NCBI GenBank assembly: GCA_963780375.1
Contig: CAWABV010000008.1
Location: 696,497-760,496 of the forward strand
DNA length: 64,000 nt
Reading direction: 5' to 3'
Origin: an uncultured Chloroflexia bacterium
GTDB lineage: Bacteria > Chloroflexota > Limnocylindria > Limnocylindrales > CSP1-4
The notes below the pieces were generated by a model, which searched no databases, had not been told where the DNA came from, and saw nothing but the letters and a program-made list of their open reading frames with translations. Below, one piece after another: positions 39,300 through 48,923 of this stretch (position 1 is its first letter; each line of letters begins with the position of its first letter). Position numbers and translations under genes: made by a program.

Positions 39300-40429
39300 G
39301 GGGGCTCACTGTGTATCAGTCTCGATCGCGTCACCACCAGCGCGGGCAGGTGATCCCCATCACTGCCCTCGCGATGATCGCCTTGATCGGCGGTGTCGCG
39401 CTGATCCTCGAGGGCGGCAACGCCTATGCGCATCAGCGGGAGACGCAGAACGGGGCTGACGCCGTCGCCAATGCCGGCGCGACCGTCCTTGCCCAGTACA
39501 TCGGTGGGACCACCAAGACCGACAGCGATGTCGTCGCGTCGATGAATACGGTTTCCAACGCGAACTTCTTGAACGACTACGACGGCTACTACACGGACGT
39601 CACCGGCAAGTGGTTGACGAATGGTGGTGCCACCACCACGAGCCAGGGCGCCGCCGCCCGCGTCGGCGACGGACTGATCCCACCTGGCGCGCAAGGCGTC
39701 CAGGCCGTGGGCACGCAGACGTTCGGCACGACCTTCGGACGGGTGATCGGGTTCCCGCAATTCACCTCGACTGCCGACGCGATCTCGGTCGCCGGCGCGC
39801 TCACGGGCGGCGTCTTCCTTCCGGTCGTCTTCCCAGTCAACATCGTGAATTGCGACGTCAACGGCGACCTCGGCACCGGCGAGGTCAACTGGCAGATCAG
39901 CAACCCGGACGGCGTCGACGCCGACACGAACCCTGAAGGTCAGGAATACATCGTGCCGCTGTGCAAGACGGGCGGCGGCTCTTTCATGATCCTCGACCTC
40001 GACGGCACCATGAACAACTGCGCTGACGAGGTCACCAACCCGCCAGCCATCCAGTTCGCAGCCTTCCCGGTGACCGTCCAATCGGACAACGGCAATAACT
40101 GCGCCAAGCAGATGGTCGATGAGGTCAACAAGAAGTCGGGACAGGTCGTGCTGATCCCGGTGTGCGACGGTGACTGCGTGACCAGTGGCGGCAGCCACGC
40201 GACCTATCACGTGATCCGCGTCGCGGCGTTCTTCCTCGACTACATGTCGGACCAGAACGGTGGCACCAACCCGGCCTGTCAGGGCAACGGCACGAGCCTG
40301 ATCACGATCGCTGGCAACGGCAGCAGCAGCTGCCTGGTCGGCTGGTTCGTCCGGTATGTCACCAAGGGGCCGGTCGGTCCCGGGCCTGTCCAGGGTGCTG
40401 GCGCCGTCGGCACCCAGCTCGTGAAGTGA
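39296..40429 (+). CDS. TadG-like protein (triad 2, gene c), intact
   Basis: ATGA overlap. HHQRGQVIPITALAMIALIGGVALILEGGNAYAHQRETQNGADAVANAGA. The C-terminus resembles triad-1 gene c (HVIRVAAFFLDYM versus ALFHVISATK). Confidence 0.7.
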   Translation: MRGLTVYQSRSRHHQRGQVIPITALAMIALIGGVALILEGGNAYAHQRETQNGADAVANAGATVLAQYIGGTTKTDSDVVASMNTVSNANFLNDYDGYYTDVTGKWLTNGGATTTSQGAAARVGDGLIPPGAQGVQAVGTQTFGTTFGRVIGFPQFTSTADAISVAGALTGGVFLPVVFPVNIVNCDVNGDLGTGEVNWQISNPDGVDADTNPEGQEYIVPLCKTGGGSFMILDLDGTMNNCADEVTNPPAIQFAAFPVTVQSDNGNNCAKQMVDEVNKKSGQVVLIPVCDGDCVTSGGSHATYHVIRVAAFFLDYMSDQNGGTNPACQGNGTSLITIAGNGSSSCLVGWFVRYVTKGPVGPGPVQGAGAVGTQLVK

Positions 40430-40460
40430 TCCTCGGGCGCGTCGCCGATGGACGCGGCGC

Positions 40461-41279
40461 CTAGCCCAAACGGTAGGCGCTCGGCCGCCGGTTGGCGAGG
40501 GACGGGATCTGACGACGGACCGCGGCGACGCGGTCCGTCTCCACGTCCGCGTGGATGGTCCCGACACCATCGGACGCCTGTGCGACCACCGTCCCCCACG
40601 GATCGATGATCATCGACCGCCCGTAGGCAGGCTGGCCCGGCGGCCCACCGGATTGGCCGGGTGCCAGGACCCACGCCCCGTTCTCGATGGCACGCGCGCG
40701 CAGCAATACCTCCCAGTGGTCGCGGCCGGTGCGCTCGGTGAAGTTCGACGGCACCGCAAAGACCTCGGCCCCTTGGAGCGCCAGCGTGCGATACAGCTCC
40801 GGAAAACGGAGGTCGTAACAGACGGAGAGCCCGATCCGGATGCCATCGACCTCGGCGACGACGCACTCGTCACCCGGGGCGACACGTGCGGACTCGGTGT
40901 CCACCGGCCCATGGTCGACCGCGACGTCGAAGAGGTGGATCTTCCGGTAGCGAGCTGCGACCGAGCCGTCCGGTGCGATCAGGGTGCTGGTGTTGTAGGG
41001 ACGCGTGTCGTGGCCCGACGCCTCGGCCACGCTCCCAGCCAGGATCCAGGCGTCGTGCCGGCGGGCGACCTCGGCGAATGCGTCGGTGTAGGGCCCAGGC
41101 ACGGGACGGGCGGACGCGCGAAAGCCGTCGTCGCCGCCGCGGAACTGGAGATATTCGGGGAGGACCACGAGCCGCGCACCGCCGCTCGCTGCCTCCGCGG
41201 CAAGTGCCGTCGCCCGGTCGATGTTGGCGTCGACATCACCGGTCGCGTCGAGCTGGACGAGAGCTACCGGGAGGCGCAT
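40461..41279 (-). CDS. Carbon-nitrogen hydrolase (nitrilase superfamily) amidohydrolase
   Basis: Glu-Lys-Cys triad contexts: VVLPEY, YRKIHLFD, GLSVCYDLRFPE. Confidence 0.85.
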   Translation of the reverse strand: MRLPVALVQLDATGDVDANIDRATALAAEAASGGARLVVLPEYLQFRGGDDGFRASARPVPGPYTDAFAEVARRHDAWILAGSVAEASGHDTRPYNTSTLIAPDGSVAARYRKIHLFDVAVDHGPVDTESARVAPGDECVVAEVDGIRIGLSVCYDLRFPELYRTLALQGAEVFAVPSNFTERTGRDHWEVLLRARAIENGAWVLAPGQSGGPPGQPAYGRSMIIDPWGTVVAQASDGVGTIHADVETDRVAAVRRQIPSLANRRPSAYRLG

Positions 41280-41335
41280 GACCGCATGCTACGCGGCCCT
41301 GGCGGCGCGGGTGATCGGTCGCCTGGGGCGCTCGC

Positions 41336-41959
41336 TTACGGCGCAGGGGTCGGCGTGGCGACCGGAGTCTGCGGCTTGCCGGATGCGTCCTTGCAGTGTC
41401 CAGGTGGCCAGCAATCGACCCCGAAGCGCGCCTTCTTCTCGGCGATCTTGGCGGCCATCCGGTCGGCCTTGTCCTGGCTCCAGCCCGGGTGGTCCTTGCC
41501 GACCCGCATCCAGCCCCCAGCCCATGGGGGCTTGCCCGGCTCGCGAATGACCTTGCCGTCGACGCTCTGGACGTCGAGCTCGGTCGTCCCCTGCCCCTGC
41601 TCGCCGACTATGGTCACGCTCTTGCCGTTGTACGGCTTGAGGGGATGCGCGTCCTTCCAGTACCACGCCGGTCCGGCTTCGAGCGTGTAGATGGTCGACC
41701 CGACGGTCAGGGTGTACGCAGTCTCGCCGACCGCGTCGGTCCGCGTCCCGACCGTGCCGGTCAGCGTAACGGCGACCTCAGGAACCTTCTGCTCCTTCGG
41801 CCCTTTGCCGGGCTTCTGGCTTTCGGCCGCGCGCGGCGACGCTGACGACCCAGCCGGCGGGCTCGGGCTCGCCGCAAGCGCCGGTATGGCGACAAGCGCG
41901 ATCAGGGCGACCAGCGCGATCACGAGGAGGATGACCGGTCGACGAGTCCCGAAACGCAT
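41336..41959 (-). CDS. Secreted protein, unknown function
   Basis: Signal-like RRPVILLVIALVALIALVAIPALA; 207 aa. Confidence 0.5.
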   Translation of the reverse strand: MRFGTRRPVILLVIALVALIALVAIPALAASPSPPAGSSASPRAAESQKPGKGPKEQKVPEVAVTLTGTVGTRTDAVGETAYTLTVGSTIYTLEAGPAWYWKDAHPLKPYNGKSVTIVGEQGQGTTELDVQSVDGKVIREPGKPPWAGGWMRVGKDHPGWSQDKADRMAAKIAEKKARFGVDCWPPGHCKDASGKPQTPVATPTPAP

Positions 41960-42043
41960 GCACAGAGAGTACGGCGTACGACCTTGCAGACGACCTTGCT
42001 GTCCCCGGGTCCGGTGCCGAACCGCACCGGGATCACGTCGCGT

Positions 42044-42784
42044 TCAGCGGATGCCGGTGTCGTACTCCAGGGTGACCTCGGTGACCTCGCCGTCCTCGAC
42101 GACGACGCGCTGCGCCTCGGGTCCGTTCATGAAGCCGGTCACACCCTGGGCGTTGACCGTATAGGTGCCCGGTTCGAGGGCGATCGACTGTTGCCCCGAG
42201 TCGTCAAGCACGACTATCCCCTGCGGGTGGCCTTGATCGTCGACGATCTCGACGGTCACGTTCGCAACGGGCTTGGGGGCACATGCCGGGTCGGGCGGCA
42301 TCTTCTCGACGGGACATGTCGGACCCGCCACCGCGGTGATTTGCAATCCCTGGCTGATCTCCTCGGCATCGCCCGGCGACGGCCACGCATCATCAGGGAC
42401 GGCCGAGCCACCCTCCGACTGGAGCATCACGGAGCCGTCCGGCCCGACCGCGTACAGCCAGGTGTGCTCCTCGATGCAGCCAGCCGGGCAGTCCCCCCAG
42501 CCGACGCGAATCGTGACGAGGAAGGCGCCGACACCCGATGCGGGCGCCGCGTCGTACCAGCTCGCTTGGCCGATCAGGTCGGGATCGCGTGCGGCGATCC
42601 CGGCGAATCGAGGCTCAGCCGCGACGACTCGCGCGACGGCATCGGCCACGGTGGTGACGGGCAGGCCGCCGACGATCGGCGGCGAGGCTGATCCTGGCGC
42701 GCTCGATGCGGCGCCGCTACATGCGGCAAGGACCAAGCCAATAGTCGCGAGCAGGACAGCGGCGAGGCCGCGTATCGTCGTCAT
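42044..42784 (-). CDS. Lipoprotein, unknown function
   Basis: Internal Met at 42784 with MTTIRGLAAVLLATIGLVLAAC lipobox. The upstream part of ORF 42044..43546 is antisense to the HAD gene. Confidence 0.55.
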   Translation of the reverse strand: MTTIRGLAAVLLATIGLVLAACSGAASSAPGSASPPIVGGLPVTTVADAVARVVAAEPRFAGIAARDPDLIGQASWYDAAPASGVGAFLVTIRVGWGDCPAGCIEEHTWLYAVGPDGSVMLQSEGGSAVPDDAWPSPGDAEEISQGLQITAVAGPTCPVEKMPPDPACAPKPVANVTVEIVDDQGHPQGIVVLDDSGQQSIALEPGTYTVNAQGVTGFMNGPEAQRVVVEDGEVTEVTLEYDTGIR

Positions 42785-42823
42785 GCCACTCCCGACGATG
42801 CCGTACGGGCTACAGTTCCGCGG

Positions 42824-43531
42824 ATGCCGGATCCGATCGATTTCACCGAGATCGACGCCCTGACGTTCGACTGCTATGGCACGCTCATCGACTGGGAAGC
42901 CGGTCTCAGCGCAGCGTTCCGATCCGTGCTCGATGCGCACGGCATCACCCACGACCCGGAAGACATCCTGACGCGGTACGCCCGGTACGAAGCGGCCGAC
43001 GAGGGCGGCCCGTACCTGACGTACGCCGAGGTGCTGGCAGCCGGTCTGCGAGGGGTCGCCACCGAGCTCGGGTTCGAGTCGACGGCTGACGAGGTGGCAG
43101 CCTTCTCGCGGTCGGTCGAGGACTGGCCCGCCTTCGCGGACTCGACGGAGGGGCTGCGCCGCCTGCAGCGCCGCTTCCGGCTGGGTGTGCTCACGAACTG
43201 CGACGACGACCTGTTCGCCGCCTCGAACCGACGGCTCGGCATCGACTTCGACTGGGTAATCACGGCCCAGCAGGTCGGGTCGTACAAGCCCGACGAGCGG
43301 AATTTCCGCGTGATGCTCGACCGGCTCGACCTGCCGGAGGGGCGGATCGTCCATGTCGCGCAGAGCCTGTTCCACGACCATGTGCCGGCCAAACGGCTCG
43401 GGCTGACGACGGTCTGGATCGACCGCCGCCATGATCGACCGGGAAGCGGCGCGACGCCGCTGGCCGAGGCGCAGCCCGATGCCATCTACCCGGACATGGC
43501 GTCCTTCGCCGAGGCGGCCGTTCCCGACTGA
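42824..43531 (+). CDS. HAD-superfamily hydrolase (haloacid dehalogenase type II-like)
   Basis: LTFDCYGTLIDWE (DxYGT nucleophile motif), LTNCDDDLF, GSYKPD. Confidence 0.75.
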   Translation: MPDPIDFTEIDALTFDCYGTLIDWEAGLSAAFRSVLDAHGITHDPEDILTRYARYEAADEGGPYLTYAEVLAAGLRGVATELGFESTADEVAAFSRSVEDWPAFADSTEGLRRLQRRFRLGVLTNCDDDLFAASNRRLGIDFDWVITAQQVGSYKPDERNFRVMLDRLDLPEGRIVHVAQSLFHDHVPAKRLGLTTVWIDRRHDRPGSGATPLAEAQPDAIYPDMASFAEAAVPD

Positions 43532-43552
43532 CTGACCGCGGCGCATAAGGAA

Positions 43553-43580
43553 CGGCCCCCGGGCGCCTCGCCCGGGGCCG
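43553..43580. terminator. GC-rich hairpin between convergent genes (possible bidirectional terminator)
   Basis: CGGCCCCCGGGCG / CGCCCGGGGCCG stem with one bulge and a 3-nt loop. A T-rich run (TTCCTTAT) follows only on the minus-strand side. Confidence 0.45.
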
Positions 43581-43594
43581 TCCCGCGTCGTTCG

Positions 43595-43798
43595 CTACTT
43601 GTCGAGGATGCGATCGGCCTTGCGGTCGATCTTCGCCTTCTTCGACGACGTCAGGTTGCCCTTCTTCTCTTGCTGCGACGCCCGCGCCTTGGCGTTGCGG
43701 GCGTGGGACTTGTCGGGCATCGGGTACTTGTGCTCGTCGGGAAGCCCGAACTTCGAGTCCGGCAGCTTGTCGCGCTTCTTCTCGGTCAGGGTCGCCAT
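43595..43798 (-). CDS. Small (67 aa) basic protein, unknown function
   Basis: MATLTEKKRDKLPDSKFGLPDEHKYPMPDKSHARNAKARASQ. I recall this motif from small conserved hypothetical proteins. Confidence 0.5.
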   Translation of the reverse strand: MATLTEKKRDKLPDSKFGLPDEHKYPMPDKSHARNAKARASQQEKKGNLTSSKKAKIDRKADRILDK

Positions 43799-43875
43799 GC
43801 GCGAACCTCCTTCGTTTCTCAGCAGATGAACGGGTCTGAGAACGTCGATGGTTCGCCGGTCGACCGATCAGATGC

Positions 43876-44805
43876 TCATGACGAGGAGTCGTCTGGGTTG
43901 CGGGTGTCTTTCACGGCCGCCGGGGATGGACCCTCTTCATTGGATGCCTTCAGGAACCCCCGGAACGAATCCGCGAGCGACGTGATCTCGAGCGGCAGGA
44001 CGTACTTCGTCGACGGGCTGGCGCCAAGCGCCTTGAACGCCTCCAGGTACTGGAGGGCCATCGTCTTCTGGTCGACCTGTGATGCCGCGTTGTAGATCTG
44101 GGTGAGGGCGAGCGCGAACCCTTCGGCGCGCAGGATCGCCGCCTGGCGATCGCCCTCGGCGCGCAGGATCTCGGACTGCTTGGTGCCTTCGGCAACGTTG
44201 ATCGCCGACTGCCGGGTGCCCTCGGACTCTGTGATGACGGCTCGCCGCGTCCGCTCGGCGGAGAGCTGCCGGTTCATCGCGTCCTGGACGTCGCGTGGCG
44301 GGGTGATCTCGCGGATCTCGACGGTCGTGACCTTGCCGCCCCAGCGCTCGGTGACTTCGTCGAGCTTGACCCGCAGCACTTCGTTGATCTGTTCGCGCTT
44401 CGACAGCACGTCGTCGAGCAGGATGTCGCCGACGACGGCGCGGAGCGTGGTCGTCGCGATGTTCTGGAGCGCGCCTTCGAAGTTCTGGACCTCGACGACG
44501 CTGCGGTACGGATCGACGATGCGCCAGTAGATCAGGAAGTCGATGCTGATCGGCGCGTTGTCCTTGGTGATGCCCGTCTGGCTCGGCACCTCGATGAACC
44601 GCTCGCGCAGGTCGACACGAACGCCGCGCTGGGCGATGGGGACGATGAAGACCCAGCCCGGACCCTTGACCTCGGTCGGGCTCGTCCGGCCCAGAGTGAA
44701 CACCAGCAGTCGCTCGTACTGATTGACGATCTTGATCGATGCGACCGCGATGGCGACCACCACGATGATGACGAAGACCGCGGCCAGGATGGTGGCGAGT
44801 TCCAC
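43876..44805 (-). CDS. SPFH/band-7 (stomatin-like) protein
   Basis: N-terminal TM then IVNQYERLLVFTLGR..TKDNAPISIDFLIYWRIVDP..EAFKAL. Confidence 0.9.
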   Translation of the reverse strand: MELATILAAVFVIIVVVAIAVASIKIVNQYERLLVFTLGRTSPTEVKGPGWVFIVPIAQRGVRVDLRERFIEVPSQTGITKDNAPISIDFLIYWRIVDPYRSVVEVQNFEGALQNIATTTLRAVVGDILLDDVLSKREQINEVLRVKLDEVTERWGGKVTTVEIREITPPRDVQDAMNRQLSAERTRRAVITESEGTRQSAINVAEGTKQSEILRAEGDRQAAILRAEGFALALTQIYNAASQVDQKTMALQYLEAFKALGASPSTKYVLPLEITSLADSFRGFLKASNEEGPSPAAVKDTRNPDDSSS

Positions 44806-44814
44806 GAACGCCTC

Positions 44815-46224
44815 CTATGCCCCTTCCGGCGACGACGCCGGTCCCGATTCGACGACGAGCGTCAGGTCCTCCTGACCGACGACCCGGACGGACTGGCCGG
44901 ACGGGATCGCCGCATCGCCCTTGACACGCGCGGTCCACTCCTCGCCGGCCGCGTACACGACCCCGACGGGTTCCAGTGCCGTACGGGCCACGCCGACGGT
45001 CCCCGGTGGGACCGTCATCGTACCGCCGGCGCCATAGACACCCGCGAACGCCAGGGACCGGCGCCGGACACGAGCGACGGTCACGAGGACCACGCCTACG
45101 AACACCGCCGTAACGGCTGTCATCGCGACGATCAGCGGCGTCGCTACGGCCACGTCCGGCGCGGCGGGGGTACCCGGCGCCGTGTACAGCGTGAACGCGC
45201 CCAGGAGGAAGCAGATCAACCCGCCGACCGCGAGCAGACCGTGGCTCGTGACGGTCGTCTCGAGGACGAACAACAGGACGGCAAGGCCGATGAGGATGAG
45301 GCCGGCCACGTTGAGCGGCAGGCTCCCGAACCCGATGAAGGCCAGGATCAGCGCGATCGCGCCGAGGATCCCGGTCACGAAGTTCGGGCTCTGGAGCTCG
45401 AAGAGGAGCCCATAGAACCCGAGCGTCAGGAGGATGAACGCGACGTTCGGGTCGGACAGCAGGTGGATGATCGACTGGAACGGGTTCATGCCGACGTCGA
45501 CGAATACCGCGTCCGTGAGCTCGAGTGTGATCGGTTCGGAGCGCACCTCGACGGTCTTGCCGTCGGCCTGGTCGCGGACGTCCTCGAGCGAGCGCGCGAT
45601 GCCGTCGACCGCGCCGATCGCGACGGCCTGGCTCGCCGTCGACGAGACCGCCTTGTCGACGGTCGACACGGCCCAGTCGACGTTGCGGCCGCGGGCCTCG
45701 GCGATCGACCGGATATTGGCGATGGCGTCGTTCTTGACCTTGTCGCCGATCGTGCCGGTGAGCTCCTCACCACCGGGGCCGACCGGCGACGCCGCGCCGA
45801 TGTTCGTACCCGGGGCCATGTAGGCGAGATGCCCCGACAACGTGATGAAGGTGCCGGCGCTGGCGGCCCGTCCGCCGCTCGGCGCCACCCAGACGATGGT
45901 CGGGACCGGCGCCTCGAGGATCGCGGAGACGATGCGCTGGGTCGCATCGAGGCTGCCGCCGGGCGTATTGAGCGTCAGGATCACGGCTTCGGCGCCGCTA
46001 TCGGCACCGTGGATGACGCCCTGCTCGATGTACGTGGCCATGACGTTGTCGACGACACCGGTCGCCGTCAGGACGTCGATGTGGGGCCCGGCCGCCGTGT
46101 CCGCTGCGAGCACCGGCACCTCCGGCTGCCGGACGGCCGCGACCAGCAGCCACGCCAGCCCGGCGAGGAGGATCGAACGGTGCAGGCGTGCCGCGGACCG
46201 GCTCGCCCGCGAGGTCGGAGGCAT
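44815..46224 (-). CDS. NfeD-family membrane-bound ClpP-class serine protease
   Basis: VILTLNTPGGSLDAT, APSGGRAASAGTFI, multi-TM middle, C-terminal OB-like GDAAIPSGQSVRVVG. Sits upstream of the SPFH gene as in canonical pairs. Confidence 0.85.
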   Translation of the reverse strand: MPPTSRASRSAARLHRSILLAGLAWLLVAAVRQPEVPVLAADTAAGPHIDVLTATGVVDNVMATYIEQGVIHGADSGAEAVILTLNTPGGSLDATQRIVSAILEAPVPTIVWVAPSGGRAASAGTFITLSGHLAYMAPGTNIGAASPVGPGGEELTGTIGDKVKNDAIANIRSIAEARGRNVDWAVSTVDKAVSSTASQAVAIGAVDGIARSLEDVRDQADGKTVEVRSEPITLELTDAVFVDVGMNPFQSIIHLLSDPNVAFILLTLGFYGLLFELQSPNFVTGILGAIALILAFIGFGSLPLNVAGLILIGLAVLLFVLETTVTSHGLLAVGGLICFLLGAFTLYTAPGTPAAPDVAVATPLIVAMTAVTAVFVGVVLVTVARVRRRSLAFAGVYGAGGTMTVPPGTVGVARTALEPVGVVYAAGEEWTARVKGDAAIPSGQSVRVVGQEDLTLVVESGPASSPEGA

Positions 46225-46329
46225 CGAGGTCGCTCGTGCGCATCATCGCACGAGTCTTGTCACCTGCTGATGGCATGGAAACGGCCGGGCCGTCGCCGGC
46301 CCGGCCGTCGTGCGTGGCGCGGGCGTGGA

Positions 46330-46668
46330 TCACATGATCCCGACGACGTGCCCCTCCGGATCTGCGAACAACGCGACGGTCGTTTCCGGCGCGACCTCGG
46401 TCAGCGGCATGATCACCCGGCCGCCGCCGGCGGCGGCTTTGTCGAGGACCGCCTGCGGATCGTCCGTGTGGACGTAGAACGTCACGTGGCCGGCGCCGCC
46501 ATCCGAGGAGGCACCGATGCCGCCGGTCAGCCCGTCGTCCTGGCGGTACATGCCGTAGCCACCGGGGTTGCTCGTGTCGAGGCTCCAGCCGAGCACGTCC
46601 TTGTAGAACCGCTGCAGCGCCGCGCCATCCTTGCCGACGACTTCGACGTGGATCACCTTGGCTCCCAT
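46330..46668 (-). CDS. VOC/glyoxalase-family protein
   Basis: Start moved to the ATG at 46668, which is preceded by AGGAGG. MGAKVIHVEVVGKDGAALQRFYKDVLGW..ALFADPEGHVVGI. Confidence 0.75.
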   Translation of the reverse strand: MGAKVIHVEVVGKDGAALQRFYKDVLGWSLDTSNPGGYGMYRQDDGLTGGIGASSDGGAGHVTFYVHTDDPQAVLDKAAAGGGRVIMPLTEVAPETTVALFADPEGHVVGIM

Positions 46669-46809
46669 GGGGTACCTCCTTCGTCCGCGGCGGCTCACCA
46701 TCCGGCCGCCCGTCACCTCAACGACGAACGGCGATCCAGGAATCGACAGCATCCAGGCAGATATCTGGCAGCGATCGATCTGACCGCCTGCCGGCGAGCC
46801 GCACCGCGT

Positions 46810-47886
46810 CTACGGCAACGGCCGCCAGGCCTGCCCGAGCAGGATGGCCAGCGCGACGAGGACCGTCCCCAAGGCGACGAACAGCACGCTGATCTCCACG
46901 ATCTCGTGCTTCGTGATCAGGTTGGTCGGGAGGTTCTCGAAGACCGTGTGGAGTTCGTCGGCACTTTCCGCCGGGTAATACGTCCCGCCGGTCGCTTCGG
47001 CGACGGCCGTCAGCGTCTCCTCATCGATCGCCCGGCGGAACCCGCCACCCACGCTCCCTCCACCGCCGAACCCGCCGAACCCGAACTGGTCGGCCGGTTC
47101 GTTGCCGACCATCTGGAGGCCGCACGGCGGCCGCTCGGAGTTCGGATCCTCGGTGCCGAACCCGATCGTATAGATGCGGATGCCGCGAGCTGCGGCCTCG
47201 GCCGCCGCCTCGACCGGCAATGGGCCGGCGTTGCTGGCGCCGTCGGTCAGCAACACGATGATCGCCGGGGCGTAGGCGCCGCGCGGGAGCGCAGGCGGCG
47301 CCTCCCCGGGCGACGGTTCGATGTCCGGCAGCGGGGCCACGCTGTCGTCGACATCGGCGATGGCGTCGACCAATTCCAGGATCGCGCTGCCGATCGCGGT
47401 CCTGCGGCCCGTGGTCAAGCTCTCGACGACGTCGAGCAGCACCTCCTGATCCGTGGTCGGCGTCTGGACGACCTCGGCGAACCCGGCAAACGCCACGATG
47501 CCGATCTGGGTCGTCGCGCTCTGGCGATCGATGAACGACGAGGCCGCCGTCTCCGCGGCCAGCAGGCGGTTCGGCGGGATGTCGGTCGCGCACATACTCC
47601 GCGACACGTCCATCGCCAGGATCACCGTCGTCCGGCCGGCCGGGACGCTGACGACCTGGACCGGCCGAGCCAGGGCCACGACGAGGCTGACGAGCCCGAG
47701 GGTGAACAGGGCGAACGGCAGGTGGCGCCGGATGAACGACGAGCCGCCGACGGCTTCGCGGACCAGCGCGAGGCTCGAGTAGCGGAGGGCCGGCTTCCGC
47801 CGCCGAAGCAGCCATGCCCGAGCGAGGACGAGGAGTGGCACGGTCACCAGCAGGACGAAGGCGCCGGGGGCGAGGAGGTCCATCAT
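46810..47886 (-). CDS. vWA-domain membrane protein (BatB-like), module 1
   Basis: ATGA overlap with the upstream gene. MIDAS ILAMDVSRSM, LLTDGASN, C-terminal TM. Confidence 0.85.
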   Translation of the reverse strand: MMDLLAPGAFVLLVTVPLLVLARAWLLRRRKPALRYSSLALVREAVGGSSFIRRHLPFALFTLGLVSLVVALARPVQVVSVPAGRTTVILAMDVSRSMCATDIPPNRLLAAETAASSFIDRQSATTQIGIVAFAGFAEVVQTPTTDQEVLLDVVESLTTGRRTAIGSAILELVDAIADVDDSVAPLPDIEPSPGEAPPALPRGAYAPAIIVLLTDGASNAGPLPVEAAAEAAARGIRIYTIGFGTEDPNSERPPCGLQMVGNEPADQFGFGGFGGGGSVGGGFRRAIDEETLTAVAEATGGTYYPAESADELHTVFENLPTNLITKHEIVEISVLFVALGTVLVALAILLGQAWRPLP

Positions 47887-48920
47887 GGCGCTCGCCCCAG
47901 CCACAGCAGGCTGCCCAGCGCCCCGAGGACCAGCAGTGCGAGCCCCGCTCCGGCCACGAACGAGGTGATCTCCGTCGCCTCGGGTCGGATGACGAAACGG
48001 GTCCCGATGTCCTGGTAGATGTCGGCCAGCTGGTCCGGTTCCGACGCCGCGTAGTAGGCGCCGTCCGTGAGATCGGCCATCAGCCGCAGCGACGGCTCGT
48101 CGAGCCGGCTATGCACGCGGAAGCCCTCGACCTCGAGGGTCGTGCCCGCTTCCGTCCCCAGTCCGACCGTGAAGATGCGGACCCCGCGCTCGGCGGCGGC
48201 CTGCGCGGCCACGAGCGGGTCCGGTTGCTGGTTGTTCTCGCCGTCGGTCAGCAACACGATCGCCGCCGGGGCGAACGTGCCTGGGCTGACCACGGGTGGC
48301 AGCGGGTCGGGATCGGGCGAGCAATTCGTGTAATAGCCCGCTTCAGGGTCGCGCGCGGTCGCGGCGATCGCCGTCAGCGAGGAGACGATCCCGCGGGCGA
48401 TCGAGGTGCCGCGCTCGGGCCCGAGGCGGTCGATGGCCGCGAGGACCGCGGCCTGGTCGTCGGTCGGGACGAGCACCGAGAAGCCGGCGTCGCTGAATGC
48501 CACGACACCGATGAGGATCGACTCCGGCTGGCGCGAGACGAACTGCCGGGCGGCGGCTTTCGAGGCCTCCATCCGAGTCGGCTCCATGTCAGTGGCGGCC
48601 ATGCTGCCCGACACGTCGAAGGCCAGGACCACGGTCCCCTCGAAGCGAGGCACGCCGATGACGCTCTCGGGACGCGCCATCGCGAGGACCAGGACGACCA
48701 TCCCGGTGACGAGCAGCGCCGCCGGGATGCGCCGACGGACCGTCGTCCCGCGACCGCTCGCGCGGCCGCCCGATCCGCTAGCCGTCGGCGCGGCCGGCTG
48801 GAGGGTGCCCAGAGTGGTCGTCATCCGCGCCCGCCGACGTCGCTCGCGGGTGACGTAGATCGCCACTCCCAAGGGGATGGTCACGAGCAGGACCAGAACG
48901 GCGGGCCAGATGAACGACAT
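47883..48920 (-). CDS. vWA-domain membrane protein (BatA-like), module 1
   Basis: VLAFDVSGSM, LLTDGENN, N- and C-terminal TMs. Confidence 0.85.
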   Translation of the reverse strand: MSFIWPAVLVLLVTIPLGVAIYVTRERRRRARMTTTLGTLQPAAPTASGSGGRASGRGTTVRRRIPAALLVTGMVVLVLAMARPESVIGVPRFEGTVVLAFDVSGSMAATDMEPTRMEASKAAARQFVSRQPESILIGVVAFSDAGFSVLVPTDDQAAVLAAIDRLGPERGTSIARGIVSSLTAIAATARDPEAGYYTNCSPDPDPLPPVVSPGTFAPAAIVLLTDGENNQQPDPLVAAQAAAERGVRIFTVGLGTEAGTTLEVEGFRVHSRLDEPSLRLMADLTDGAYYAASEPDQLADIYQDIGTRFVIRPEATEITSFVAGAGLALLVLGALGSLLWLGRAP

Positions 48921-48923
48921 GGG

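Noticed and set aside
43876-46224. The SPFH + NfeD pair as a novel system.
   Set aside because: This is the canonical, widely distributed stomatin/NfeD operon. Nothing about it is unusual here.
45241-48018. A 925-aa plus-strand ORF, the longest in the track.
   Set aside because: It runs antisense across the NfeD, VOC and vWA genes, which have clear family signatures. Its composition is a monotonous R/D/G/E/P mix.
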